Below, one piece after another: positions 26,220 through 40,489 of a stretch of 64,000 bases of DNA (within the stretch, counting starts at the first letter, position 1; every line of letters begins with the position of its first letter). The position numbers and the translations under genes were made by a program. The DNA lies in the NCBI GenBank assembly GCA_951406725.2, contig OX597817.1:63922001-63986000 (forward strand), given 5' to 3'. The stretch is from Octopus vulgaris. Lineage: Eukaryota. The notes below the pieces were generated by a model. That model was not told where the DNA came from, made no database searches, and worked only from the letters and a program-made list of their open reading frames with translations.

Positions 26220-28048
26220 AGTGCAGATAAAAATGCAGAGGAAAATAAAACGAAGCTACATGTTGAAATGAAGAGATTATATATTCTATATCTTATCCGG
26301 AAATGATCGTGTTTCTAGTAAATGACTTACTGACAATATACCATATTAGTGTTATCGATGAATGCGACAGGGGAGAAAAGGAGCGGCTATAACAAAAGAG
26401 ATTGCATAGTAGAAAATAACAACAGTACTAAAGATCATCTTCCTTCCTTGACCAAGCTCCCCTTAACTTCTGCAAGTATCATTTAGAAAGAAAGCTGAAG
26501 TTCTTTATTGAATATTCAGTCCTTCGATCATCTCAACTCCCTACTCATTAAATTTCCTATAAGTGGTTTAGCATTCCATATACACATATTCCTTTAACTT
26601 AATTCTCGATAGGTACCAGTATGACAAGCCCAGACCTTTTAAGTACAGGTAGAACCAATCCGCCAGTCTTCCATACAGCTTCCATGGACCTAATTTCACT
26701 CGTAAGGCTACGATCACCCTCAGACTTTGGTAAAAAAAAAAATGGCTAAGAAACTACGTTGCGATATCGAACTCAGGAGCTCGTGATTGCAGAAGCAAAC
26801 TTCTTAACCATTCTGCATTCATAGCACGATAAAATACTTTCAGAAACCCAAAGATTCATTGAATTTTACAGACTTCTTCCACAAATAAGTATTCTACTGT
26901 TTCTAGTATTTTTCTTCCTCTTCTTGTAGCTGCTCTAGTTATCTCTGATCGAACAAACTTATGACTAAGGATTTCCCAGCCTTCATCTCTCATCTTTTGA
27001 TGTATTCAGATCAAGATCTGGCTGCTATTTCTCGTAGGTCAAATGACTGTGTAGATGTTTCTTTCATTGGCTCTTTTAAAAAGTGTTGTTGTTTAATCCC
27101 AGAGAAGTCCTGATCAAATAGAAATACGATAAAAAGGATGACGCGCTCCCCTTTGTATCCAGATATAATGTATCTAAGACTACGTTACATAATACGTATT
27201 TTTCATTAAGGCTGTAGAGTTACATAAGGGAGACTTAGCTGATATATTTAGCATCTGCACTGACCATACAGATGATTCCTTCGTTGGTTCATGGAAAAGT
27301 GCGTAATAATTGGAGTAACTGATAACTGTTTACTTTTAATTACGATTTAATAATTAAACATACCTGTTTACTCTAAGACACTAGGAAAAGTAAATAATCA
27401 GCCGAGTTAAGAAAAAAAGTATACATTTTTTGGGATAATTAATAATGAGATTTTTGACAGCCAAAGGAGTTGCGAATAACTTCGGTAAGTAATGTTTGAA
27501 GAGTAAAATGAAAATAGAGCAGAAGAATAAATTAACAATGAAAGGTATTTCTCGTTATTATGTGTACTGTTAGCATCTTCGCTGTTGTGTATCGTTATTG
27601 AGTATTGTCGAGTAAAATATAATGATTATGTGGTAAGTATATTTATGTATGTAACCAAAACTGAAACATTTTGAATCAATTTAAAATTACTTTTAAAAAA
27701 TCATTAAAATTCCAGTTTTAATAAATTTCAAAGAATGTTGCTATTATTGTATATTTTAAACACCACTTTTGCTCGAAATCTACAGCTTTCATACTCTGCT
27801 ATCACCGTTCTTATAGGTTCCCCCACCCCATATCTTTAAACTTAGATTCCTTTCTTTGCTATTTCTACCCACTACTCTAGCATACAAAGATTTTCGTTTT
27901 TATAACAATATTATTATATCAATTATAATTTAAAAGGAAAAATGAAAATATATATATTTCATTTATAGAGAGAATATCATTTCGAAATACTTCCATATTT
28001 GACAATTTTTACTAACACTATTCTATATTTAAGAGATGAGGTATTATG

Positions 28049-28325
28049 TACATCATTTACTTTTGACGGATATTTGTCCTCAGCTTGTCACTCCCGAATT
28101 GCCCACAGGCATATGGCGTAGTGGTTAAGAGCGCGGGCTTCTAACCCCAAGATTCCGAGTTCGATTCCAGGCAGTGACCTGAATAAAATCATCGAAAAAT
28201 ACCTCAAGAATGAGAACCCAGGTTCGAAATTTCCCCAAGACACTTGCTGGAGGGTATATCAGCCGAAACGTTGTGTTAACAGCAAACAAGATGAGGACAA
28301 ATATCCGTCATATGTAAATAATGTA
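28049..28325 (+). mobile_element. tRNA-like Pol III head plus core-deleted hammerhead, bounded by ~40-bp inverted repeats
   Basis: A box tggcgtagtgg 28114-28124, B box gagttcgattcc 28157-28168; gacac..gctg/cagc-c-GAAA-cg-TT-gtgtt at 28239-28277; inverted arms 28049-28088 and 28286-28325. Confidence 0.7.
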
Positions 28326-28691
28326 ATTTTTACTAAATATTTTAAAGCTATTTCGCTATTTATTAATTTTGAAAAGGATTCTGTACGATAAAGTTATTTC
28401 ACTATATATTTGTTTCAGCTTTTCTTATAGATGTTTAAAAGTAATTGAAGAGTTATAGCATATTTCAACATTTTTCTTTTCTTTCTTTTTTTTTTTCTCT
28501 TTTTTTTTTTTCTTCGATTCTCTCATAAACCTTATTTCAGAAAAATTTCCGTCTCCCTCTCAATTTTCGCAATTTCATAAAGTTGCACTTCGTTTTAAGT
28601 TAGGAAAGGACACATTAAACAATGCAGTCCTGTATATATAAAAAGGTGAGAGAGAGTATACACTCTACATAAACCAGGAGAAACATTTTGT

Positions 28692-28908
28692 GGGGGCACA
28701 TAGCCTAGTGGTTAGAGCAGCGGACTCGCGGTCGATGGATCGCGGGTTCGAATCTCAGACCGGGCGATGTGTGTGTTTATGAGCGAAACACCTAAGTTCC
28801 ACGAGGCTCCGGAAGAAGGTAATGGCGAAACTTCTGCTGATTCTTTCGCCACAACTTTCTCTCACTCTTTCCTCCTGCATTTTGCAGCTCACCTGCGATG
28901 GACCGGCA
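28692..28908 (+). mobile_element. tRNA-derived SINE (distinct family)
   Basis: A box tagcctagtgg, B box ggttcgaatc; acceptor stem does not close and a non-tRNA body follows. Confidence 0.75.
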
Positions 28909-29606
28909 GTTGGGAACCAGGCATGGCTCGAGAAGGAACAAACTAGGAGAAACACTGCCTACCTGGGTCAGTGATTCCTAGAAGTAATAATGATCACTAA
29001 CAGAAGCGCAATACCACAAAATTAGAGGTAAGGGCTTAGGCGATCAAACCGACTACAGTATCTAACTGGTACTTTATTCTTCTCTCCTCAGAAGAATAAA
29101 AGGTAGCGTTGACCACGGTTGGGTTTGAACTCAGAAAAAAAAGCGACATAATTAAATACTACAAGCCTCTCGTTCTACAATTCCTGTCAATCCATTTTCG
29201 AACAAAGAGATTACTACAAAACTAACTCATCATCCTTGATGCATAAATGAAGCTTTAAATGGAGTCAGTGAAGGGGCCTTAAAGTGGGCTCTCAACCTGC
29301 TAGAAATAGTGATCACATCTCCCTCAAATATAACCCCTACGTTGTCCAAAATAAAGAACATTATATTCAAAAGGAAAAAAAGATGAATTGGTCACGATTG
29401 AAATGCATTTGGTAAGTGGTCGACTTCGGGTTAAAAACAACTTTCTTTGAATAGATAATATTGATACGAACATCACAGTGAAACAGAATCCGATGATCTG
29501 TATCGGCAAATGGCAAATTTTCATATAAAGAAAGCGGACGATTTCCAGTATTGTGCGCGCGTGTGTGTGTATGTATGTGTGTGTGTGTGTGTACGTGCGT
29601 GCGTGC

Positions 29607-29644
<38 letters not shown>

Positions 29645-29758
29645 GTGTGTGAGTTTGCGTAAATTTGTAGGTGGCAAAAAAAGTAGCAGCTGTCGAATAC
29701 TCACCCACTCTACACACGTGTATTTGTGTGCACATATATACATATTTATTTATACATT

Positions 29759-29817
<59 letters not shown>

Positions 29818-30058
29818 GGAGGGAGGGAGGGAGGGAGACAGATCCACTGCCAGTATTGATGCAAATGGATTGATCACCTGCCAGATTTGTATACCTAATA
29901 GACGGGAGTTTTGGCAAAGAGAATGATAGACAACACAGACAAGGAAACGGCTAACGGAAAGCATGTCATACAAACTATCAGAACTTTGCACACTTCATTA
30001 AAACTATAAGCACTAGGATCAACATCATACACAAATACATGAACTGTGACTAGACTGC

Positions 30059-30474
<416 letters not shown>

Positions 30475-31194
30475 AAGTATATGTATATGTATGTATGTAA
30501 TTGCTGGATATTTCGTCTTTATATTGCAACAATTAGTTTCGCCACAGCATGGCCCTTCGGGTAAAAGTATTTTATTTCTCTTTATATATTGATACTTAAA
30601 AGAATGAAAGGAAAAAACACGTTGTGTTTCAGTAGCTCTGTATTTTATTTTGAATACGTGTGTATTCCGTTTAAACGAGCTATTGTGTTTTCGTTAAAAG
30701 GGCCTGATGTACGTATGGACAGGTCAGCATGCGTGTTGAAACAGTGTAGGCTTATGTGCATGTGTATTTGTATGTTGTTTCACTACCTTGAAAAATCAGA
30801 ATATACCATCGCGGTCGTGGATATGTGGTATGGCACAGACTGGTTAAAATGAATAAATATAAACAAATCTATTTGTGCACGTTGGTGACGCTTGAATAAC
30901 GCATCGTCCTATTTCCCATTATTTCAATGAAATAGGTGGCGCTTCTTTTCTCGATACAAGAGAATAAACACTGAAAGCAAATGTAGTAGCCTCTACATAG
31001 TCACTAGACTCGCTGGAAACAGTAGCCAAATCTCTCTCGAATCACAAAAAGGGAAGATAAATTAGAAACCGTAGTCCATAGCCTGAAGTCAAAATGGTCA
31101 CAACAAAGTTCAACTTCACTAGAATGACAACAACAAGCGTTGGTCATCGGTTTCGATTCCTAATTTCAAATGCTACTGTATCTTCACTTGTAAT

Positions 31195-31410
31195 CTTGAT
31201 TGCAAATTTTGGCACAAGGCCAGCAATTCCGGGTGAGGGAGTAAGTCGATTACAACGACTCCTGTGCTCAACTGTTACTTATTTTATCGACCCCCAAAAA
31301 GGATGAAAGGCAAAGACAACCTCGGCGGAATTTGAGCATAGTACGTAAAGACGGACGAAATACCGCTGTTTTGCCCTGCGTGCTAACGATTTTGCCCGCT
31401 CGCTACCTTA
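31195..31410 (-). mobile_element. Nin/Deu-like SINE
   Basis: Similarity to 2022-2242 and 7247-7446. Confidence 0.8.
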
Positions 31411-32077
31411 AAAACTTCCCAATATGTCACGTAGTGAGATTGAACCCGGAAACCTTTGGTCGGGAAGCAAACATCTTACCACACAGCCACGACATACAAG
31501 TAATGTTAATATCTAAATCTAATTCTTAAAAAGAAGTTGAAGTTAAGTAAACAGATTTAGAGCTTTATAGGCTAAGGGATCAGTGACTTCGAATACCTTG
31601 AATCCCATATTGATATGTAAGAGACAAACCTGGAGTACGTGTAACAAGCGTCACCACATTTGACTATCAAGTATCTCAATCAACAAAGCTAGCCATCTTC
31701 ATTATATGTATACAAAGAATTTTTTTTATCTTTTGCTTGAAGAAACCTAGACTATGAAGAAAGAGCTTCAAAATTGACTTGGTGGTACATGCATCAAACT
31801 TCGGAAGAGGGCTCAAAACATCCTAACGCATGAACTCAAAACCATTTTACTCCTTTCTATTATCGTCGCTCAAAGCAAAGAAAGTATCGCTGGCTATTAC
31901 TATCGTTCTGAAAACCTGGAGATTTACACACTGATTAATAGAAAACGAAAACCACTCGACTACATTAGGGTTATGTACAGAAGCACATAATATGAGATTG
32001 AAGCCACCCAAACATTTTTGGAGGACAGAGATTTCTGGTGGAGGTTGGTGGAATGTATCTCGGTTGCAACCGTTTGC

Positions 32078-32168
32078 AGAAGAAGAAGAAGAAGAAGAAG
32101 AAGAAGAAGAAGAAGAAGAAGAAGAAGAAGAAGAAGAAGAAGAAGAAGAAGAAGAAGAAGAAGAAGAA
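32078..32168. repeat. (GAA)n
   Basis: Direct reading. Confidence 0.95.
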
Positions 32169-32949
32169 ATCAGATCTCTTCTACATCTTATGCAACGCGC
32201 ACCCCAGCTCCATCCTGTTATCGGTGTTACGAACCAAAAAATGGCACTTTGGACATAACTGAACGCATTCCTAATAGAAAATTGTGAATTGCATTTTTTT
32301 TCATGAAATGAACATTTCTGTTTATATATTTGTATTATATATATCTTTGTTTATATATACTTGTGTTTATATATTATGTATATAGGTATGTGTGTTTGAG
32401 TGTTTTTCCCGTGTATTTGTTTTGGGTTTTTTTTTGCATTTTTTGTGCACTTGTATGTATAGTTAATTCATGTGTTTCTTTGTTTTGTTTTAAATACAGG
32501 TATTTGGAGTGTGTATGTGTGTGTATGTTTGTATGTGTGTTTGTAACATTTGTTTTTTGTGGGTGTATCTGTATGTATTTGTGGTTGTTTTTCTTGAGTT
32601 TGAATTTGAGTGTGAATTTTTGAGTGTTTGTGTGAGTTTTCATATCCGTTTTACGCGTTCATGTGTGTATGTGAGTGTGTGTGTGTGTGTTTTGTGAATG
32701 TTGTTTTTATGTGTATTTAATGTGTATGTATATGCGTGCATGTATCATTTTTTGAGGAACATGAGTTTCTAAAAGAAGGAATGCGAAACCGCGAGAATTT
32801 CTTTTTAATTAATATTTCTCTGTGTTTAAATAGAAAACAAAAACCTTTAAAAGAAACAAGATTACAAAAAAACTAAAAATAATAATGATAAATAACCTAC
32901 TTTTGTGTTTAATAAAATTGTTTTATTTTCAAGATTTCCAGGTAACTTG

Positions 32950-33180
32950 AGGAGATGACAGAGCACTTTTAGAATGGCGTGTATGTTTGTACGTGTGTGT
33001 GGTAGAGAAAGATCGTTTTAGAATAGAGACTTGTGTACGTGTATGTATTTGTGTATACATGTACTTGTGATGTACGATTGACTTTTAAAATGATAATGTG
33101 TGTGTATGTAAGTTTGTATAGATGAGAAAGATTTTAAACATAGTGGCTTGTTTATACGCATGTCTATATATGTGTGTTTG

Positions 33181-33214
<34 letters not shown>

Positions 33215-33390
33215 ATGTGTAGATAATTAGAAAGATCTTTTAAAATAATAACATGTGTATGTGCATGTGTATGGAAATGTATGGACGGGACAGACCTTTA
33301 AGAATAAAGAGGTGTAAAGAGTGTGTGCACACGCTTGTGTAAAAAGTTATACATGAGAAAGAGACTAAGATTAGTGACTTGTATGAACAC
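32950..33390. repeat. Degenerate minisatellite, about 7 irregular units
   Basis: Recurrent gagaaagatcttttagaata(g/a)tgacttgt-like motif separated by TG-rich spacers. Confidence 0.55.
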
Positions 33391-34582
33391 TTATATGTGA
33401 CATAATCGTTAGCATATCGGACAAAATGCTTAGCGATATATCCTCCGGTTTTTTACGTTCAAAGTTCAAATACTACCGTGTGTTTGAATGTTGAACGAAG
33501 TCCTTCGCAATATTCAGAGTTCAAATTCCAAGCAGGTCAATTTTAGCTTTCATTTTTCTGGTGTCAATAAAATATATTAGTTAAATAATGGTGGCAGGGA
33601 ACAATCAGTTCCCTGCCACCATTATTTTTTCTTATACCTATAGTAGAAACGATTATTCTGGATAAAATAAAACGTGGGAGCTGCGGTTCCGATTCGAACA
33701 CAACACTCTAAATAGCAATATGCAACATCCCAATAGTGTATAACTTACTAGTTTTATGACTTAGCCAAGGCGGAAGAGCAATGTTCATGACATCTTTACA
33801 GATAGGGGAAAGAACAAAATCATCCTCAAACCGGAAACCTGACTCGAATGCTCACAACATATTGGACTCTGAAAAAGGTACTCAAGAGATAAGTGTAGGG
33901 TTAAACTGGGAAGAATTAAGAAAAGTTTTCTACATTAAATGGCATCAATACAGAGCTTCCAATCCCTTTTTACTTTTGATATTGTTATATTAAGGCCAAG
34001 AACAAAGGTCTTTTTATTTAGGTGAGTGATAAAATGAAATGGGTTGTGTAGTTCATGCATTTCCCAACTACATTAACAGTGAAATAACTTCAGTTACAGA
34101 GTGAAACTGCCATCACAGGTATTGTTCTTCCTGGAGTGTATCTCCCATATATAGCACAGTGCTAATTACCTACACATGTAAAAGAATAATTAAAATGATT
34201 AATAATGGATGAAGTTCTACTTTTAAAAAACAATTTCAGTCTCCAGTGATCTCAGGAAATGCTTCTAATTTATTACTCTCGACATTAAATTACTAACGCC
34301 TGCCAAAATAGTTTTTTCTTGCGATTTTATTCTTCAGCATGATTTCGTCAAATGGGTGAAATCTTTTTTAGAAACGAGAATAAATTCATGCAGTTCCATG
34401 ACATTCTGCCGAGTCGTTTATTTACGCAATGCAATTTCTTCAACTGAAAGAGAATTTTACTTCCCGTGTGCAGGTTTTCGCGTCAAGTAACAACAGATCA
34501 TCACTGGATGCAGTTTTTACAGACAAACAAAATAGATACACACCCACATAGATACATCAACTCACATGAACACTTTACCTCC

Positions 34583-34630
<48 letters not shown>

Positions 34631-35619
34631 TGCACACAAATCCAAACATAAGCATTTTCTGTCTCCCTGTTTATTCTCTTGTCTTATTTTATTCTCATTT
34701 CCATTCAAATATTCACGTAAGCCTACTTATTCTCACATTCCCACTCGCTCAAATGTTTTAAGTCTACTCACCATCTCAAACACAAAGACTCTGCTCAAAT
34801 ATGGAAATACACAAACACATAAACATACATACACACACACACATACACACACACACATACACGCATAAACATACACACACACATACATACAAAAATACAT
34901 ATGTGCATGCATACATGCATATATTCATAAATACGCGCAAATACACGCCTACACATTCATACATGCTGCTGCATCTCTTCGTTGTTTTTAAGTTGTTTCC
35001 CTGCAATATATTAATTAGAAATATTTTCAAATGTAATTCACTCCATGTTTGTTGCCAATATACAGATAAGCAACGAATATTTTTATGCCGTTAATGATTT
35101 CTTTTCATTGTATTATTTTACAAATCTCGCTGGTGGTGTTCCTACTTCTTATGGAATCTACTTCACACTTATTTAAATGTTGTTCGACCAAAGCTGAACA
35201 CAATGCTACTGACTTTGCGAATGCACAATCTCTATTGTAAACCTATAAGGTCATCAGAAACCTTTTATATTAGAGTGTTTTTCAACAGCTGTTCCGTGGT
35301 TTGTTGTGTTACATTTACACATGATGTTGTTGGGGCTGTGTCCCTATTTGTTGAGTGTCACCTTCACTCTGCCAAATCCTTCTCATTTAATTCAGACCAT
35401 TCCACTTTGCTCAGTTTGCATCCAGACTTGCAAGTGAGCAGAAATTGTGCTCACTAACCACCACTCCATTTGTTATTGAGGGCGGTAAGCTGTTGTTTCC
35501 TTCTTCCCACAGAGTTGTTCTCTCGTTTACTGTGTCAATCGATAAGGGAATTACTCATTTAAGAAACCTTTTCTATGATGTCACATAACTCCCAATTGGT
35601 GTTTATTTGAATATAGGGT

Positions 35620-36230
35620 GCTCTTCATCTATTTAATGCTGCTGGCACTCTTTCAAACTGGCTTTTGATCTCTTAATGGCAGGTGGGGCTATGCATGCTT
35701 GAAAGTTGAGGCTACCGGTGTTTGTTGGTCTAATACAGCCGTGGTCAGTCGATAAGAAGCATTAAAGATTAGATCTAGCTTCTTTCCATTTCAGTCCGGT
35801 GTACTCAGCTGTGGAGTAACAAAGAGCTAAGCAGTTGAAAGCAAAGTCTGACGACTGGCCTTCAATCATATATGTGAGCTTACTGACAATTTTGTTGCGA
35901 ACATTCACCGTTTCCTTTGTTGTCGTGAATTGGGTATTGAGGTTGAGACAACAATAAGAAGCTACATCTACGTACACAGGAAATTATAGAGCACAAGATG
36001 TGCTTCTGATCAAGTTGCTTGCAAAAGGGACGTTGCTTCACGGTTTCTCAAATAGGAGGCTCACACTTTTGTCTTAGATGAACTAGTACAGATATACTTC
36101 CCTCTATAATATAGTATTAATTGTTTGAGGAAATCTGTCAACCTTCCTCCTCTATAACTGAGAAATGTGTCTTCTAAGACAACACCTAGATCGTGTTTCT
36201 ACTAAAAGTAGCGACATCATTTCACGGCAG
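35620..36230 (-). pseudogene. Decayed RTEX-like LINE ORF2 (post-RT region)
   Basis: Minus peptides VNVRNKIVSKL, LALCYSTAEY, GCIRPT, CIAPPAIKR resemble RTEX C-terminal motifs as I recall them. Confidence 0.6.
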
Positions 36231-37204
36231 CAACTTATTTCTAAACTTATCTTCCAATTGGATACCATCTGATAAGAAATAAGAAACAAACAAATAAACA
36301 AACAAACGCATAGCGTGTGTTGGAGAACGAATGTTAAGATGAAGTTATTCTTAAAAAGCAGCGTGAATTCTTTTGAGATTTTTCGTTTTAAAACGAGAAA
36401 TATCACTAATCATATACAAACATGTACGTTAATGATGGCAGCCATATGGATAACTAAAAAAAAAAACCTTCACGTCAATCTTCCTTTTTTTTTTTACATC
36501 AAAATGTTACATAGACTTTGCGGCAGCCTCAATTAGAAATGTGACAGGCTGACTGACGAGAGAGATTCCGAATTATATAAACTGAGAAGATATGCTGATA
36601 TATTTTTGACGAGTGGAATTAACAAGATCCGATTTTTTTTGATTTTTTTTGAATGACTTCATTTACTGTGCTAACAGTGCACGGAAACTATATTTCTTTT
36701 CTTAACTCTTAGGTTTCATTTTAATTTTGTTTTTGTTTATTTCCTTGCTTGTTTGTTTTGTAACGCTCATGCCCTTTTCCGGACTGGGATCGATTCACTT
36801 TCTATAGCGTGTATCTTCTACGAAACAGTCAGGCAGATACAGAATTACGGAGAGATCCAGTTCGGTGAAGGATGGACACAAGAAAAATGAATATTTAATG
36901 TGCAACTTAGAGGGGTGGAATGCAGTAGTGATGGCAAGGCGTAGAAAGACAAGTGTTTCAAGTGGGACTGAGTGGAAAGGGTATATAGTTTCTTATCTCT
37001 GATCATAGATCGATATTACATTTATCGGTAGAAGGAAATGAAAAAACAAATAACATGTTTCTCTGTCAGTGGCCGTATACGTTGGTATAACAGTCTTTGA
37101 CAATGAACAGCATCGCTTTTTGCTCCATGCTAAAACAATGCTTTTCAAATTTATTTAATCAAGGAACTTTTATGAAATTTTCTAACATTCACATAACTCA
37201 TGCG

Positions 37205-37581
37205 TTTATGGACACTTGCATGGATTGAAGCTAAGAAGTTTGCTTTGCAACGATGTAGTTTCAGGTTCCGTCCCATTGCGCGGTTCCTTGGGGGAATATC
37301 TTCTACTACAGCACTGCATTGACTAGTGCCTTGTGAGTGGATCTGGTCGATGGAAACTGTTGAAGCCCGTTGAGTGTATGTGTGTGTGTGTGTGTCCACC
37401 AAAGATTGACAACTGGTGTTGGTTTGTTTATGTTCCAGTTACCTAGCAGTTCTATAAAAATAATGATAGAATAAGTACCAGGTTTAATAAAGTTACTGGG
37501 ATCGATTTGTTCGACTAAACACTTGAAGGCGATGCCCCATCATAGCCGCTGGCCAATGCCTAAAGAAATTAAAAGAATAAA
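37205..37581 (+). mobile_element. Old family A SINE
   Basis: Collinear diverged similarity to the reverse complement of 51854-52296. Confidence 0.7.
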
Positions 37582-37598
37582 CGTATATCTTAAGGATA

Positions 37599-37914
<316 letters not shown>

Positions 37915-37916
37915 AC

Positions 37917-38498
37917 AGGCGTGGCTGTGTGGTAAGAAGCTTGCTTTCCAACCACATGATTCCGAGTTCAGTCCCAATACGTAACACCTTGGACAGGCGT
38001 CATCTACTATAGCCTCGGGCCGACCAAAGCCTTGTGAGTTGATTTGGTAGACCGAAACTGAAAGAAGCCCGTTGTGTGAATGCGCATGGCTTAGTAGTTA
38101 GGGTGTTGCACTCCCGACTGCGAGATTGTGGTTTCGATTCCCAGACCGACCATTGCGTTTTGCTCTCGAGCAAAGCACTTCATTTCACGTTGCTCTGCGA
38201 TTGTTTCGTCATCTGACATGTGTCACACGGTACACCTGTACAGGTAATGTCGATTTGATGGAGGAAGTGAGCTTATGTGAATACAAACATTTGATCACTA
38301 CAAACAAATTATCTGTTTCGTTATTTGGCAATTTCTTGGCGAACCTTCATATGTCGTCTAACGACGGGAAAATCCATATATATATATATATATATATATA
38401 TAAAGAATAAGTCCTGGGGTCGATTTCTTCGATTAAAACCCTTTAAGGCAGTGCTTCAGCATGGCCGCAGTCGAATGACTGAAACAAGTAAAAGAATA
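37917..38498 (+). mobile_element. Family A SINE interrupted by a family B SINE (38077-38376)
   Basis: A head 37917-38075, B element starting gaatgcgcatggcttagtag, A tail 38402-38498. Confidence 0.8.
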
Positions 38499-39560
38499 CA
38501 ATAACTTTAATTTTATTAAACTTTCGCAGAATCCCAGAAGTTTTTACCGTATTCACTTTAGGAAACACTGATCTAAGCTATTTATTTATATATGTACGCA
38601 TCGGCAGATTGTGAACTGTGTTCTAATATTGTTAGCACATAATGGACCTTTGTAAATGGTTGTCAGCTGATCAGGGCTGAAGCATTTCCTAAATGAGAAG
38701 TTTTAGCACAACCGTTTTGGCGTCGCCTGTTTGGCGTCGTTTATTCGATGCGGATTTTATTTCCCTCTTTCCCTCTTTCTCGCTCTTTCCTTCTCCTCGT
38801 GTATATGAGGAGAAGGAGAAAATCTCTTTGTCAATCGTGTTCAATTAATAAACTGTGACCTTTCTCTCTCTTTCTCTCTCTCTCACGCACACACGCTTCC
38901 TATATGCATGTGCATATTTCTGCACGCAGTGTGTGTGCCCGAGTATGTATGTTTGCCGCCAGTGTCAAAAAGTACTGACACCATAACACGCTGATCGACC
39001 AGTCAGCCGTGTCAAATAGTTCACGTCCAAAGAGCTGCGCCCACTTGTCTCACTTCGTATTTCCTCACCTTCAACGAAACTCAAGTCTTTTTTATGAAGT
39101 TTAAGCCAATCTTATTAGAAAAACTGTAGTTCTACTGTTTATAGAGTGTCACCTTGATGTTTCCAATTCATGATTCTTGGTCAAATGTTTCATCTCTATT
39201 TTGTCCAGTTTACACCCAAACCTTATGATAGATGCTCACTTGCCACCATTTCTAGTGTTGTTGGAGAGTGATAAGCTGTTTTCTCTTCTTCCCACAAAAT
39301 TTTTCCTAACTCCTTTGTGATATCAGTTTCAGAAGGAACAGAGGCTGTTAGGGTTGGAAGAAAGTGGACAAATCTCAATGTTTAACAAAATTAATAATAG
39401 TCTTAAACTCTTATAACTTATACCATGGCGAAAAAAAATAAAAGAATTATATGGATACAAACTCTTTTGTTCTTTATTAATAAAGTACTTGATAAGTACT
39501 TTATTTTAATGGGTCTTTTGTTGGTTTTCGTGTACATCCGGCATATTTTTTATCTATGTC

Positions 39561-40020
39561 CTACTTGTTTTAATCACTGGACTGCAGCCATACTGGAGCA
39601 CCGCATTGAAGAGTTTTAGCTGAACACATCGACCTCAGTACTTGTGTTCTTTTTTGTTTTGTGTTTGGTACTTATTCTATCTGTATACTTTACCGAACCG
39701 CTAAGTCACGGAGACATTGCGAAAGCAACCCAACACCGGTTGTCAAGAATTGGGGGTGACAAACATTCACACACACACACACACATAGACATATATAAAT
39801 AGATAAACAGATATAGATGTAGATACAGATATACAGATACACACCACACACACATACGTCAGGACTCCACATATTTTTTCTCTGCCAAATTTTCTCACAC
39901 GGCATGGATCAACCCAGGGCTATAGTAGAAGATAATTGCCCAAGGCGCGAAGCATTGGGATTGACCCAGAAAACATGTGGTTGCAAAGCAAACTTCTTAA
40001 CCACAGTCATACCTACCCCT
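39561..40020 (-). mobile_element. Old family A SINE
   Basis: Collinear similarity to 2758-3163. Confidence 0.75.
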
Positions 40021-40106
40021 ATAAATCCGTACTTCCTGTGCATTACCGTGTCTTCCTAAATTTTCTCCAACAACGGCCGGTCATGTTTTGTCCTCTGCTT
40101 CACTCA

Positions 40107-40489
40107 TCTCTCTCTATATAAACGGCAGTTTGTCTGTGCGTGTTTCTGTGTGTCTGTTTGCTTGTACCCTCACCCTGACCACGGCTTTCAACCGATTCTG
40201 ATGAAACTTGACACACACATAGCCCAATGTCATAATTCAAAACTAACGCAGCGAAAATTTTGAAAAGTTCCCCTTGTTCTGAAAAAAATCGATAAATTCG
40301 ACATGGGGTCGAGAATCAGAAACACAAACCCCAAACTGTCTAGGGGACGCAACTCCACCTTTTTTTAACTAAAAAAAAATTTACCATCATTTTTTTCCAT
40401 TTTTTTGCTATTTTTTGACTATAACTCTCTAAAAATGCTTTATAGTTACAAACCTTACAAACCTGAGCAACGCCGGGCGATACTGCTAG
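40107..40489 (+). mobile_element. Non-autonomous Helitron
   Basis: 5' a|TCtctctctatataaa, 3' hairpin cctgagcaacgccggg then tactgCTAG|t; inserted between A and T with no TSD. Confidence 0.85.

Noticed and set aside
28108-28180. tRNA-like sequence as a true tRNA gene (also 28692-28765, 13894-13970, 30172-30245)
   Set aside because: A and B boxes are present but acceptor stems do not close and repeat bodies follow; these are SINE heads.
31530-31960. Possible decayed CR1 ORF2 (LEY-like motif near 31630)
   Set aside because: Only one weak motif, too degraded to call.
32300-32750. T/G-skewed stretch giving 89-97 aa ORFs
   Set aside because: Degenerate (TG)n low-complexity sequence, possibly low consensus quality.
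32950-33390. Repeat-spacer pattern as a CRISPR array
   Set aside because: Repeats are degenerate, spacers are low-complexity TG, there are no cas genes and the context is eukaryotic.
38700-39040. Short ttggcg-type repeats suggesting a DNA transposon with subterminal repeats
   Set aside because: Could not define TIRs or a TSD.
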